Shown piece after piece: positions 22,622 to 33,919 of a DNA stretch of 64,000 nt. Numbering within the stretch: position 1 is the stretch's first letter; each line of letters starts with the position of its first letter. The notes under the pieces were generated by a model. That model was not told the DNA's origin and did no database searches. It saw only the letters and a program-made list of their open reading frames with translations. This stretch comes from Neoconidiobolus thromboides FSU 785 (Eukaryota; Fungi; Entomophthoromycota), in NCBI GenBank assembly GCA_025603075.1, contig MU626327.1, positions 1 through 64,000 on the forward strand, in the 5' to 3' direction. The position numbers were made by a program, and so were the translations under genes.

Positions 22622-24373
22622 TCAATTAAAATATACAGATAACTCTTCTGTTAAACTTGGAGGTAACTGAAATCGATTTATACAGCACTTGATCTGATTT
22701 AATGCATTAATAGAATCTTTGGCATGTTTTCTATTATTAGATTTCGATACTTTATAAAGCTCTTTAACTAATGATACACATTTAATTTTAGCTTCATTAA
22801 CCATAGTAACTATATCCTCCTCTAATGAACCGGAAGTTTGATGTAATAAATTAATAAGTACAAAAAAACAATGATAAATTTGATAATAAAAAGGTACATA
22901 AATATTAGATTGACATTGATGTTTAAAACCGTATTGCTGGATTCTAGTAAATAGCTCTTCATCATATTTTTTAACTAAACCTCTGTTTAAGCAATAAGTA
23001 ATAACTTGATTAGAGTGATGAAACAGTAACTTTAATACTGATTTTGAGAAGTGAATAGGTTGTGGATAGACCATAACAGATGGGTAATAAAGGGTAATAA
23101 TGACCTGTTCAATCAATACTTTAAGGTATCGTTTGAAATTAAATTCATAATTATCGATTTTTTCAACTATTTCTTCTAAAGTATAATCGCATTCATCTCT
23201 TATTAACTTTTGATCTTGAATTAAATTCAATAATATCGTCAAACAATTTATAAGTTCATCTTGAGGTAAAAGTAAAGCGTTAATAGATATATTAGAATAG
23301 TCATTATGTCTTCCGCAATTTTCTTTTACTTTTTGAATATGAGTTGCTATTTTCATTTTTACTTCAATATAATCTTCAATATATAGATATGGTAAGTTAG
23401 TTACAGCCTTATAAACTATTTTTTTGATAATATTACATCTATTTTGATCTTTTATAAATAAATGTAGAGGATCTTCAACATCAAATTTAATGAAAGGTAT
23501 ATCTGGAATACAAGATAAAATAGTCAAATAGGTAATGTAAAGGGTTTTCCATATACTTCTGCCTAAAGATAGCTCATTATATTTTATGTTCATAGCATTG
23601 AATTCATTAGGAGAAGGGTAGTTAATATTACGCCCTAAACATTGAGCCATTCTTACAGCATCTAAAAAATAGCGTTTAGTAAGAACGTAATTAGAGCGAG
23701 ACAAGCTAATATAAGATAATAATCCTAAAGCTACTACACAGCTATAACTTGGATTAGAATAAGATTGGGGCAAGATTGATTTTATTCCCCTCAAAGCTTT
23801 TCGATAAATTTGTTTATAAACTAAGCTATTACATGGAAGAGTAAAACAAGCAAGGACAGCAATTAAAGTATAAGATAAAATGTTAGGCTCTTTTTTTGTT
23901 AAAATTGCCTTAAAATTAAATTTATCTAGCCATAATCTATATGGGTCTACAACTGTTAAGAAAAAAATGGAGCCATATTCTAAAAATTGATTATAAACCT
24001 GATCCGTTTTCATGATAGTGCTATTTTTTAATCCTGTGTTATACTGTGAAAGTAATAAAATAGCATTAAGTTTATAATTCCTTTGTAATATAATTTTAAA
24101 CTGAGAAATTTCTTTAAAGGTTTCATTATCATTATACTTGATTTCCTGATTTTTAATTTTGATTACTTTTTCAATCCACTTTAAATATTCTAGAAATAAA
24201 TTAAACGCTAACAAAATATTAAAATGATTACCATTTACTCTTTGTTTGAATTCTAAGCTCGGATATGAATCTAGCTGCCTAAGTATGTTGTTTAATGTGC
24301 AGTCAATGCCATCTATTTTTAACTTCACTTCATCTACTCTACTTCTTGTCTTTGCTTTTGATTTCAACTCCAT
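22622..24373 (-). CDS. Fungal TF middle-homology-like family member E, complement(join(22622..24189,24232..24373)), 569 aa
   Basis: Intact ORF. The in-frame 42-nt segment 24190..24231 (GT...CTAG) lies at the family intron position, and exon 1 is 142 nt as in B. Confidence 0.88.
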   Translation of the reverse strand: MELKSKAKTRSRVDEVKLKIDGIDCTLNNILRQLDSYPSLEFKQRVNGNHFNILLAFNLFLEYLKWIEKVIKIKNQEIKYNDNETFKEISQFKIILQRNYKLNAILLLSQYNTGLKNSTIMKTDQVYNQFLEYGSIFFLTVVDPYRLWLDKFNFKAILTKKEPNILSYTLIAVLACFTLPCNSLVYKQIYRKALRGIKSILPQSYSNPSYSCVVALGLLSYISLSRSNYVLTKRYFLDAVRMAQCLGRNINYPSPNEFNAMNIKYNELSLGRSIWKTLYITYLTILSCIPDIPFIKFDVEDPLHLFIKDQNRCNIIKKIVYKAVTNLPYLYIEDYIEVKMKIATHIQKVKENCGRHNDYSNISINALLLPQDELINCLTILLNLIQDQKLIRDECDYTLEEIVEKIDNYEFNFKRYLKVLIEQVIITLYYPSVMVYPQPIHFSKSVLKLLFHHSNQVITYCLNRGLVKKYDEELFTRIQQYGFKHQCQSNIYVPFYYQIYHCFFVLINLLHQTSGSLEEDIVTMVNEAKIKCVSLVKELYKVSKSNNRKHAKDSINALNQIKCCINRFQLPPSLTEELSVYFN

Positions 24374-24739
24374 AGTTAAATTCTTTTTTGTTTATCCCTT
24401 TAGCTTTATATTATTTTAGTTGCATTAAAATTAATCTTGAACATAAAATGGATAATAAAAGCATAAAAGTACTTAATGAAAGTAAAACTTTGTTAGAGTT
24501 AAGCATAAAAAAGCAAACAAATGCTAAAATATATTTATTCATTTCATTATTTAATAAATCTTTCATATCATGTCAGATAAAAATGAACAAAATACTGAAT
24601 CAAATATGGCAGTTCTACTGCCTTATAGTTTGGGAAGGAGGCTTTTCTACTTTATGGACTTTTCAAAGCTATACCAATAATAAAACATTGACTAAATTGC
24701 CCGTTATTTACCATACCCTAATTATCTGTAAATAGTAAA

Positions 24740-24838
24740 TGGGGATGTATTTTTATGTTTAAGAATTTTACTCAAATTTTTCGCTTAAATAGCGCTAAAA
24801 AAATGGACAAAATAATGAAGTCAAAAAAAACACCCCCA
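24740..24838 (+). mobile_element. MITE copy 11
   Basis: tggggatgtatttttatgtttaagaatt...aaaaaaaacaccccca, about 370 bp upstream of gene E. Confidence 0.9.
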
Positions 24839-25504
24839 AATAGTAAAATCGTTATCTAATCTTTTTTACTTATTTTATGAGGGTGAGGGTTTAAATATTA
24901 AATCTCAAATTGTTTAAATGGTATTAATAGACTGTATTTTAAATTTATTTTATCAACTGTTGTAATATTAAAAAGGCACAATATCAAATTCGGTCTTTAG
25001 AAATAGTTTATTCTACTTACTATCTCCGAATATTAAGGTTTAATATTATTTGTTTTATTCATAAATATACGCCATAAAAAAGCAATAAAAATTTCAAACA
25101 AATGCCAGGAGCATACAGGACACTCCTATATATTTATAGGCATTATTCTAAAAAATAATTGGCTATTACTAAATCTTACCAACAAATAATATATATTAAT
25201 TATTTACTTAAAAGTGTGCTTTGATATTTTTAAAAGTGTAGCCTCCAAAGATTGAGTTACTTTTTATGGAAGTAAATTAAACCTAATAAGTACTAATTAA
25301 TTTGAGTATTTCAAAATATATAACTGCATTAAGCTTAAATAATTAGGCTTTTAAAACAAAAATCAAATTTGATATAACAACTAGCTACCCTTCTGTTTAT
25401 TTTGGTTTAACTTTATTTCTCTAAGAGTTACAATATACTTTTAATTATTTTTATAGAAACAAGCCTAAAACTTGCATTATAAAATCTTCACTCTGAATTA
25501 GATA

Positions 25505-25598
25505 TAGACATGTATTTTTTTAAGAATCTTACTGGTACCCTTTCTACTCAAATAGCGCTTAAAAAATACAAGTGGCGAAACCAAAAAAAACATTCCCG
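25505..25598 (+). mobile_element. MITE copy 12
   Basis: TA-tagacatgtatttttttaagaatc...aaaacattcccg-TA. Confidence 0.8.
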
Positions 25599-26049
25599 TA
25601 TTAAATAACATGATATTTAAACATTAATTTCGAAGATGTTTATATAATAATAGCTTTATTTTCATATATTAGCATGGATCTAAACTTATATATTTACAAC
25701 CATTGTAGCTTTGAACCTATAAATCAATGTACTGATACAAATTTAAAGTTTGTTTATGATTATCAGTAGCTTATTATAGTTTAGTTTGACTCAGGTTTCA
25801 AAAAATCACTCAACAAAAGTATATATTTATATTATATTACCTTTATAGTTAATTAATTAAAATCCATCTTTTGACTTACATATAAAACTATATATCTATA
25901 TATTATTTTGGTTTTAATGAATCAAATATTTAAATATATAATTTATAAGTAGCTGACTATTTATCTAAATCAGTTGTTTATTCATTCATTCATTATCAAA
26001 TCAAAACTCTTTATTATTTATAACTATCTAATGAAAAGTCGTAATATAA

Positions 26050-27400
26050 TCTTTCATTATACCATAATCAATCTTACAGCTAAACTTAAACTTTACTTAG
26101 TATATTTCAAGCTAGTTTTAACAAATCTGAAAGGTGTAAAAAACTAAGATTTATTATACTTTCTCCCCCATTTTAATTCTTACTTTTTTACTTTCTTTCT
26201 TTCTGGTACTAGTAATCACAACTTTATGGTATTGACTCTCTTGGTTTGGTGGCGTTGGTGGTTTTAAGTCTCTTTCTTTAGTGACACTGGTGGTAAGTTG
26301 ATTTTAATACTATCAATTGTGTACTTACCATTTGTAAGCTATTAATATGTGCTCTTATTTAGTAATTTATTTGAGTGTATTTCTAGTAATTGACCTGTCA
26401 TTTATAGTGAAACATAATAAGCTATATCTAATTTGCTTCTACTTTAGTTGATCTATTCAATAACTATTAATAATATTAAAACAATTAGATTATAGTCAAA
26501 CTTAAAAATAGCTTCAATAAATTATATTATTGAACAGTGATAACTTAGTTTTAACAATTTGATATTTAGTTTTCAGCTTTTATTTAACATATAATTAAAA
26601 CTAAAAGCCACTTTCCTTTTCATGTTTCTTTATGATTTAAAAACTTTACTGGATTTTTATTTATATATTACTGATAACTTAGATAGAAGTATTATTAACA
26701 TTTTATTTAATGATATCTACAATGTTATCAGTATATATTTTAACTTGACGCCTTTATATTGACATCGCTTTCTGCTTTTATATAACACTTTTGAATTCAA
26801 AAAAAGTTATCAATAGTAAAACGTACATTATCTTTAATTTACTAAATAGAAGAACTAGTACAAACTTTATTCTTAATAAGTTGTTATTTACCTTTTGCTA
26901 TTCAATTTTCTATTTAATCATAAAACAAAATAAAAACTAACCTACTGATTTGTTTATAGTCAGTATATATTGTTGGCTTTTACAGTTTTTTTGTTTTTTT
27001 AGCTTAAATTAATTTTATTATTGTTGATTTATTCTTGAGTCCAAGTTTAGCAAATTATAGCACATTTAAACTATTATAATTTTTTTGTGACTGCTTTTTT
27101 ATTTTGATATCTTCTATTTTATTTAGCTAATGTGTTATCTAATAATAATCCCATATATAGATAAAGTTTGAATTTGGACACTAGTTTTTTTATTAGATTC
27201 GTCTAATTATATTGAAACCTTAAAAGTAATTAATTAATTATTGTACTATTACTTGGTCTACTTGTTGCTATCTATATAGTTAACAAAAACATCTAAAATT
27301 TTCTTCCATATCAAATATCAACGGTTATATTATTTATTAATTTAATATGCAACGTAATCAACTTAGATAAGTAATTATAATAATGCTCAATAAATTTTCC
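26050..27400 (-). mobile_element. Eroded non-LTR (LINE) reverse-transcriptase relic
   Basis: On the minus strand, in the expected order: KNYNS (KAYD-like), LVLLLF (PLLF-like), IYTDNI (YADD-like), ESG..N..KS, and GG...LLKLA*. Many stops. Confidence 0.45.
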
Positions 27401-27614
27401 TGCGTATTAGAATTTCTTTCTGCTTTAAGTTCTTGTTGTTCATGTTCTATGCCACTGTAGTAACACTATATTACTAGTAATATCGCTTATATATTTGAAT
27501 TTTTAACCCAGACTAAAATTTAGGCTTATTTTACTCTTCCGGTTCTATCTTTATTTCTGAATTACAATTTACTGTTGGTGCTATGGAAAATATCGATAAA
27601 TAATGTGGTTATTT

Positions 27615-27683
27615 AAATATACAACATTAGATATTAAATATACAACATTAGATATTAAATATACAACATTAGATATTAAATAT
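27615..27683. repeat. 21-bp tandem repeat AAATATACAACATTAGATATT x3.3
   Basis: Three exact copies, no spacers. Confidence 0.95.
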
Positions 27684-28228
27684 TTTAATATAGTTAGAGC
27701 CAGTTATTATTACAATTACACTTCATTTAATGAACCATTTGAATGTAACTCAAATCAAAATATGCTGAAAAGAGAGTATCCATTTAAAACAAAATGGAAG
27801 TTACTACTAAATGATTAATTTATACTACAAGTTTTATCTTGAGTATTTATTTTATTTATTATACTTTGTTTGATTACATATTCAAGAAAAGCTATTCAAA
27901 TTAGGTCAAGTTTATCTACCCTTCTAAAGTTTCTCCAAGTTTTTATTAGGTCTCTAAAAAGCTTTAAATGTGTGCTTGTTTTTAATAGCACCATATTTTT
28001 GAAAGAATTAAAGTAGACCTATATTAAACTACTTTATTAGAACAACGGTTGTTCATTTTATAATAATAGTTATAAGGACTAATGTTGTATTTTATTATGT
28101 TTGAGTTTGTTTTGAAGCGAAAGTTGTAAAATAATTATTTGGAATTTATCATTTTATAGGGGAGTAAACTTTTACATACCAAACATAATAGAAGCTGATA
28201 AGGATAGGAAAGCGTATAAAGAAATAGA

Positions 28229-28328
28229 TGGGGATGTATTTCTGTGTTTAAGAATTTTGCTAATAATTTTTCCGCTTAAATAGCGCTTAAAAGAGGGAAA
28301 AAATAATGAAGCCAAAAAAACACCCCCG
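28229..28328 (+). mobile_element. MITE copy 13
   Basis: tggggatgtatttctgtgtttaagaatt...aaaaaaacacccccg. Confidence 0.9.
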
Positions 28329-28710
28329 GATAATAGCTTTGAATTCTTTTTAAAAGTTAATTTAGAATCCAGAAACCCTATGTTCTAAGTCAATTTATGA
28401 TTTTAGTTAAACATCTATACATTATGCTGTTATATTTTCTAGTCAAAAAGTTGATAACTAATAGATTAATTGAACAATGACTAATGAAATGAAATATCAT
28501 TTGGGTTATTTATTATCTTATAATATATACTTTTTTTAATGTTTTTTGTTAGATTATATAATTAATTAGTCTTCATATATTTATAACATTATTAAATATT
28601 TTATATCAATAGTCTTTTGGAAACTATTTATGACATTGAAGACTAAATTCTAATATCAAATATATTTAATTTAATTTAAATAGATTTAGAATAAAATAAA
28701 AATTATTACT

Positions 28711-28807
28711 TGAGAATATATTTTTTGTTCAAGAACTTTATTAACGACCTTCCCACTCAAGTGGCGGTCACAAATGGAAAAAACGATGAAATTGAAAAAC
28801 ATCTTCA
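28711..28807 (+). mobile_element. MITE copy 14 (diverged)
   Basis: tgagaatatattttttgttcaagaac...atgaaattgaaaaacatcttca. Confidence 0.75.
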
Positions 28808-29569
28808 CTTTATATTTTTCAAATCTATTCACTTGAGATTGAGTAAGCAATTGACATACATTGTATTCTTATGAAGCCCTTTAGATTAATTCATTAATTT
28901 TATTCATTCATTTATCCCTATAGTTATTTTTTTAATATATTATTATCACAACTTCTATTCGATTGTTTAATTTATTCTCTATGGATTTGTTATAATTTAA
29001 ACATCAACATGTTTCTAATCCCATCAAAATTGTAAATGCACAATTAGAGAAATTATAAATAATTTTGGGCTTGCCTCAAATTCACTATTACTTGAAAATA
29101 AATTAATGTTTTCTACAGTCACAACGTCGTCAATCGAATTCCTTGCTTTTGTTGGAGTATAAAGTATCTTTTTATTTATATGTTTAAATAATTGATCTTC
29201 ATTTAACTTTGATCTATTCGATTACTTCTAATTTAAGAATAGGAAACAGGTTAATTATTTCCTACACCTTTCTCTCGATTTCTCATTAACTTAACTATCT
29301 TCCTTATCAATAATGTCTCTCACTTTAATTTCATAATCACTGCATATTGAAGCAATTACTTTTTGATGACTACAGAAATACTCTGTAATAAGTAATATGA
29401 TAATAACCAGATCTCTCAAACAGGGATAATTCATACTTTCACCTTATACCTGCTCAAAGATATTTAATCCATAGTTTAACAGCACACTAATTTTATTTTT
29501 CAAACATTTATAACTTTATTAAATGTTTAAAATTAGCTTTGATAATGGCTTATTGCTATTTTTAGTATA

Positions 29570-29670
29570 TGGGAGTGTTTTTTTTGACTCCATTATTTTT
29601 TCCATTTTTTAAGTGCTATTTAAGCGGAAAATTTATTAGTAAAATTCTTAAACACAGAAATACATCCCCA
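29570..29670 (-). mobile_element. MITE copy 15
   Basis: TA-tgggagtg...tacatcccca-TA, 101 bp. Confidence 0.93.
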
Positions 29671-29851
29671 TATTTATAAGAATTTCTTATCTAATCAATA
29701 ATCTCTAAAATTAATTTTAGTATAATATGTACTTATAAAGCAGTTAAACAACTGTCTTGGGTTCATTCCGTTTGTTAATATAAGAGATATTTTTAACTCA
29801 CTTGTTGGATGTCATTAATAAATTAAAACAAGTTAGCAGACAACTATGATT

Positions 29852-29952
29852 TGGGGATGTATTCTTTTGCTTAAGAATTTTACTAACAATTTTTCCGCCC
29901 AAATAGTGCTTAAAAAATGGAAAAAGTAATGAAGCCAAAAAAAACATCCCCA
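29852..29952 (+). mobile_element. MITE copy 16
   Basis: tggggatgtattc...aaaaaaaacatcccca. Confidence 0.92.
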
Positions 29953-31010
29953 TTTATTAGCTTGTTTAAGATACACATGCCACATTCAACTTCAGCCTAG
30001 GAATCACGCTATTGTTTTTAAACTATTAAATCTCCTCTATATGTTATTTTTAACTTTTATTCACTATCTAGCGCTCTCTTTTGAAACAACTCCAATACCC
30101 GTTTTATGTAATTTACTACCAAGTATTGTTTATTTCCATCCAATTGATTTTTAAAATTATTTAATACTTCAATCAACCCATATTATAATGTATTTATCTA
30201 TTTTTACATAACTTTTTTATAAAATGATTACATATTTTATATTAAATAAAACAAAGTTACTTATTTATCCTTTTATACTAGTTCACTATAAATCTACTAA
30301 AATTCTATAGATTTAATTAAATATAAAATATAAAATAACTCAATTGACCTAAGCTTATTTTATTTTTGTCAAGTGTTATTTACAATTAATATCGTTTTTA
30401 TAAATATATAATATATAGTAATTGAAAACTAGTTCAAGTAATTTCAATTGTCTCTTTATCTATTTTCATTATAATTTAAAAATAATTAAAACAATGAAAT
30501 TTTTTTTTATATGAATCTAATCAAGAACACTAAATTCCAAGTGATAGAAAAAGTATTCAAAATGATAAAATGTTTTCTTAGACCTTATTTAAAAAAGGCC
30601 AAATGTGGGTAAACTTTTCTTTTCTTAGTATTGCTATTTGGTATTTTCTAGAAAAATTCTTATAAGAATAGCCAATCTATATACTCTAAAAGTATTAATA
30701 AGATTTTAAACTACTTGAGTATATTTCATTTGTCTATTGACTAATATAAAAGACTTTAGGCTAATTTCCATATCAAAATATTTGCTACTTGGTTGTTTTT
30801 TCAATTGCAAACTTTTTTAAATCTTTACTTCAAAGCCTTATAGTGTATATTTAAATATTTTATTGGCATTTCTCCCTTAGATTACTTTTACATAAAGAAA
30901 GCTTTCTTTACCATGCAAAGATAAAAAGATAATTAACATTTTATTTAAAATATCATAACAAAAAAAACACCACTTTACATATCTAAAAAAAATTAATATA
31001 AAATAGTATA

Positions 31011-31111
31011 TGGGGATGTATTTTTGTGTTTGGGAATTTTACTAACAAATTTTTCGTTCAAATAGTGCTTGAAAGGTAAAAAAAGTGATGAAGTCAAAAA
31101 AAACATCCCCA
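31011..31111 (+). mobile_element. MITE copy 17
   Basis: TA-tggggatgtatttttg...aaaaaaaacatcccca-TA, with a near-perfect 15-bp TIR. Confidence 0.95.
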
Positions 31112-31194
31112 TATATTATTTACAAAAACTAATAATAGTCATAAGTAAAATGAAATACAAAGAAATTTCAAATTTTATTATCATTAGAATAAAA

Positions 31195-32930
31195 TTAGCC
31201 TAAATATATATTTATCTCTTTCATAAAAGCTGAAGGTAACTAAAATCAATTAATACAATGCTGATTTGATTTGAAGCACTAATAAAATCTTTAACATGCC
31301 CTTTATTACTAGTTTCAGATACTCTATTAAGCTCCTTAACTACTAATAAACATTTTGCTTTTGCTTCATCAATCATAAACATATTATAAGTCAAAATTGA
31401 TGCTTGATGCAACAAATTGACAAGGGTAGAAAAATATGAACATATTTGATAATAAAAAGAAATATTGACACTTGATTAAAATTGATATTTAGGATCAAAT
31501 TGATGAATTTCGGTAAAACTTTTTTGACTCTTTTATATCTAGACCTCTGTTTAAATAATAGGTGCTTATCTGGTTTGAATAATTAGACAACATTTTCATT
31601 TTTGACTTTGTAGTGAATAAATTATAGATAAACCAAAACAGGTGGATAGTAAAGTTTAACAGTGTATTGAATTAATACTTTAAGGTACCTTATAAAATTA
31701 AATCCATGATTGTTTATCCTTTTTTCTAATTTCTCTCTACTATACTCAGTTTTACCTTCTATTAATTTTTGATGTTGGATTAAATTCATTAGCATAGTCA
31801 AGTAGTTTATAAATTTTAAGGCAATAATAAATTAGCGACAGATATATTATAATAATCTTTCGATGCTTCATAAGCTTCTTTTACTTTTTATATATGAGTC
31901 AATATTTTTATATTCGCCTTAATAAGTTCTTTAGTATAAAAATATGAATATTTGTCTATATTCCTATGACATATCCTGTTATAATCATTATATCCGTTTT
32001 GGTTCACTATAAAGTAATGCGAAAGGTCCTCAATTTCAAATTTAATAAAAGATATGTTTAAAGCATAAGATGACATAGTCAAATAAATAAGGCAAAGAGT
32101 TTTACATATTCTTCTATCTTATAACAATTTGTTATAACCTAAGTCTGTAGCATGTAGATTGTTAAATAAACCATCATTCATGCTATATTCTAAACATTGA
32201 GCCATATTTATAACATACAAAAAGGTATCGTTTGGCAAGATTGAAATCTGTATGTGACGATTGATATAAGATAATAATCCTTAAGCCATCACATACTTAT
32301 AGCTAGGATTGAAATAAGATTAAAGTAGAGTCACTTTTACTTCCTTTAGAGCTTTCTTGTAAACGTGTCTACAAGCTATACTATTATGTAGAAGGGTAAA
32401 ACGAGGCAGAAATGTTATTAAGGTGTAGGATAAATTATCTGGCTTTTTGTTTGTTAAAATTGCATTCAAACCGAATTTATCCAACTATAAATTGTATAGA
32501 TCTATAACCTTTTTGAAATAAATGGGATCATTCTCTGGAAATTGACCATAAGCCTGACTTATTTTAATTCCATATATACTTTTGATGATATATCATTTAT
32601 TGAAAGCAATCGAATAACGTTAAATTTAATCTTATTGTATAATACGGTCTCAAACTGATAAATCTTTTTTTTGAATTTCATTATTACTACGATTCTTTCT
32701 TGATTTGTTATTCTGAGTTCATTTTAGGCCACCCGAGATACTTTAAAAATAAATTAGATATTATTATGCATCAAAACGATCACCATTTACTCTTTCTTTG
32801 GATTCTAAGTTTAAATGAAAATATAGTTGCTTAAATAGATTGTTTAATGTACAATCAGTGGTACCTACTTTACTGTTCATCCTTATTTTTTGGTTTAGCT
32901 GTATGCTCGACTTTATATTTTTGACTTTAT
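31195..32930 (-). pseudogene. TF-like family pseudogene P3
   Basis: Collinear with B and E, including exon-1 and intron relics. ORF fragments 31221..31415 and 31888..32082 remain, with many stops. Confidence 0.85.
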
Positions 32931-33919
32931 ATTATTTGTACCTGTATTGAGAGTTATTGAGTTTAAAATAAACAAAGGTGTGAAGTGCATTTTTTATGGT
33001 TTGAAAATAAGAATATAACAAGTTAAGTATATAAACAAATAAATATTAAGATATCTTTTTTTGTTTTTTATTTGGTAAAATATAATAAATAATTTAAAAA
33101 TAATAGTACTTTGTATATAAATTCTATCCACATGGTTTATTCTTTGAAATAATTTTATTACTAGTATTTGAATAATAATGTGCTCTAATTGATGTTGATT
33201 TTAAATAAGGATCATATTTTTACGAACCATTTAATTTTTTAATTTATAAAGTATATGAAATGATCAAAAAAATGAAACTAAGGTGTTTCAATATTATAAT
33301 TTTTGGAACTCAGAGTTGATTCTTGAGCCTTTTGATATAGCTAAATCCCGGCCACTTCTTATGCCCTTCCATGATTTACACTTTAACATAGCTGGTATCT
33401 CTTCTTAACTGTCAAATCTTTATCCTACCTTTATTGCTTGTTTCTATTTATTTGTACTGTGATCAATCTATAAGTCACACATAAAGTTTTCCTTTTCTGA
33501 GGAGCCTTCTATCCTGACTTTAACTTCTCTTCTCATTGAACAGAGAATAGCTTATATCAGTGAACTTGATTTTTACAAACAACCCTTAGCCAGGAGCTAA
33601 GCTGGTAGCAAAGTTCTCTTATTATAGCTAATTAGCCCTACTCTCTAACTATTTGATTTTTTTTCTTGTTTTTATTGCTAGGAATTATTCAATGTTGTAT
33701 TAGTCATAATATCAAATTTATAAACGATGTAAAGTCAGGCTCGTATTACTATGTTATTTTACTTATTTGTTTTATTTTGATTTATTAACAATAATTTTTG
33801 AAGTTCGACCAACTACTAAAAACAACTTTTTTAGTTATAAGTATAATTGTTCATGAAATAAAATATCCTTGTACTGTTATGTCATAATAAAAACTAACCT
33901 TATGCGGCATAATTCACTA

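Noticed and set aside
27615-27683. 21-bp direct repeats and ORF 27603..27818
   Set aside because: Contiguous tandem repeat without spacers; the ORF is incidental.
33300-33620. GC-richer patch as a retroelement integrase/RNase H relic
   Set aside because: Only an isolated WPG tripeptide; no ordered motif set could be found.
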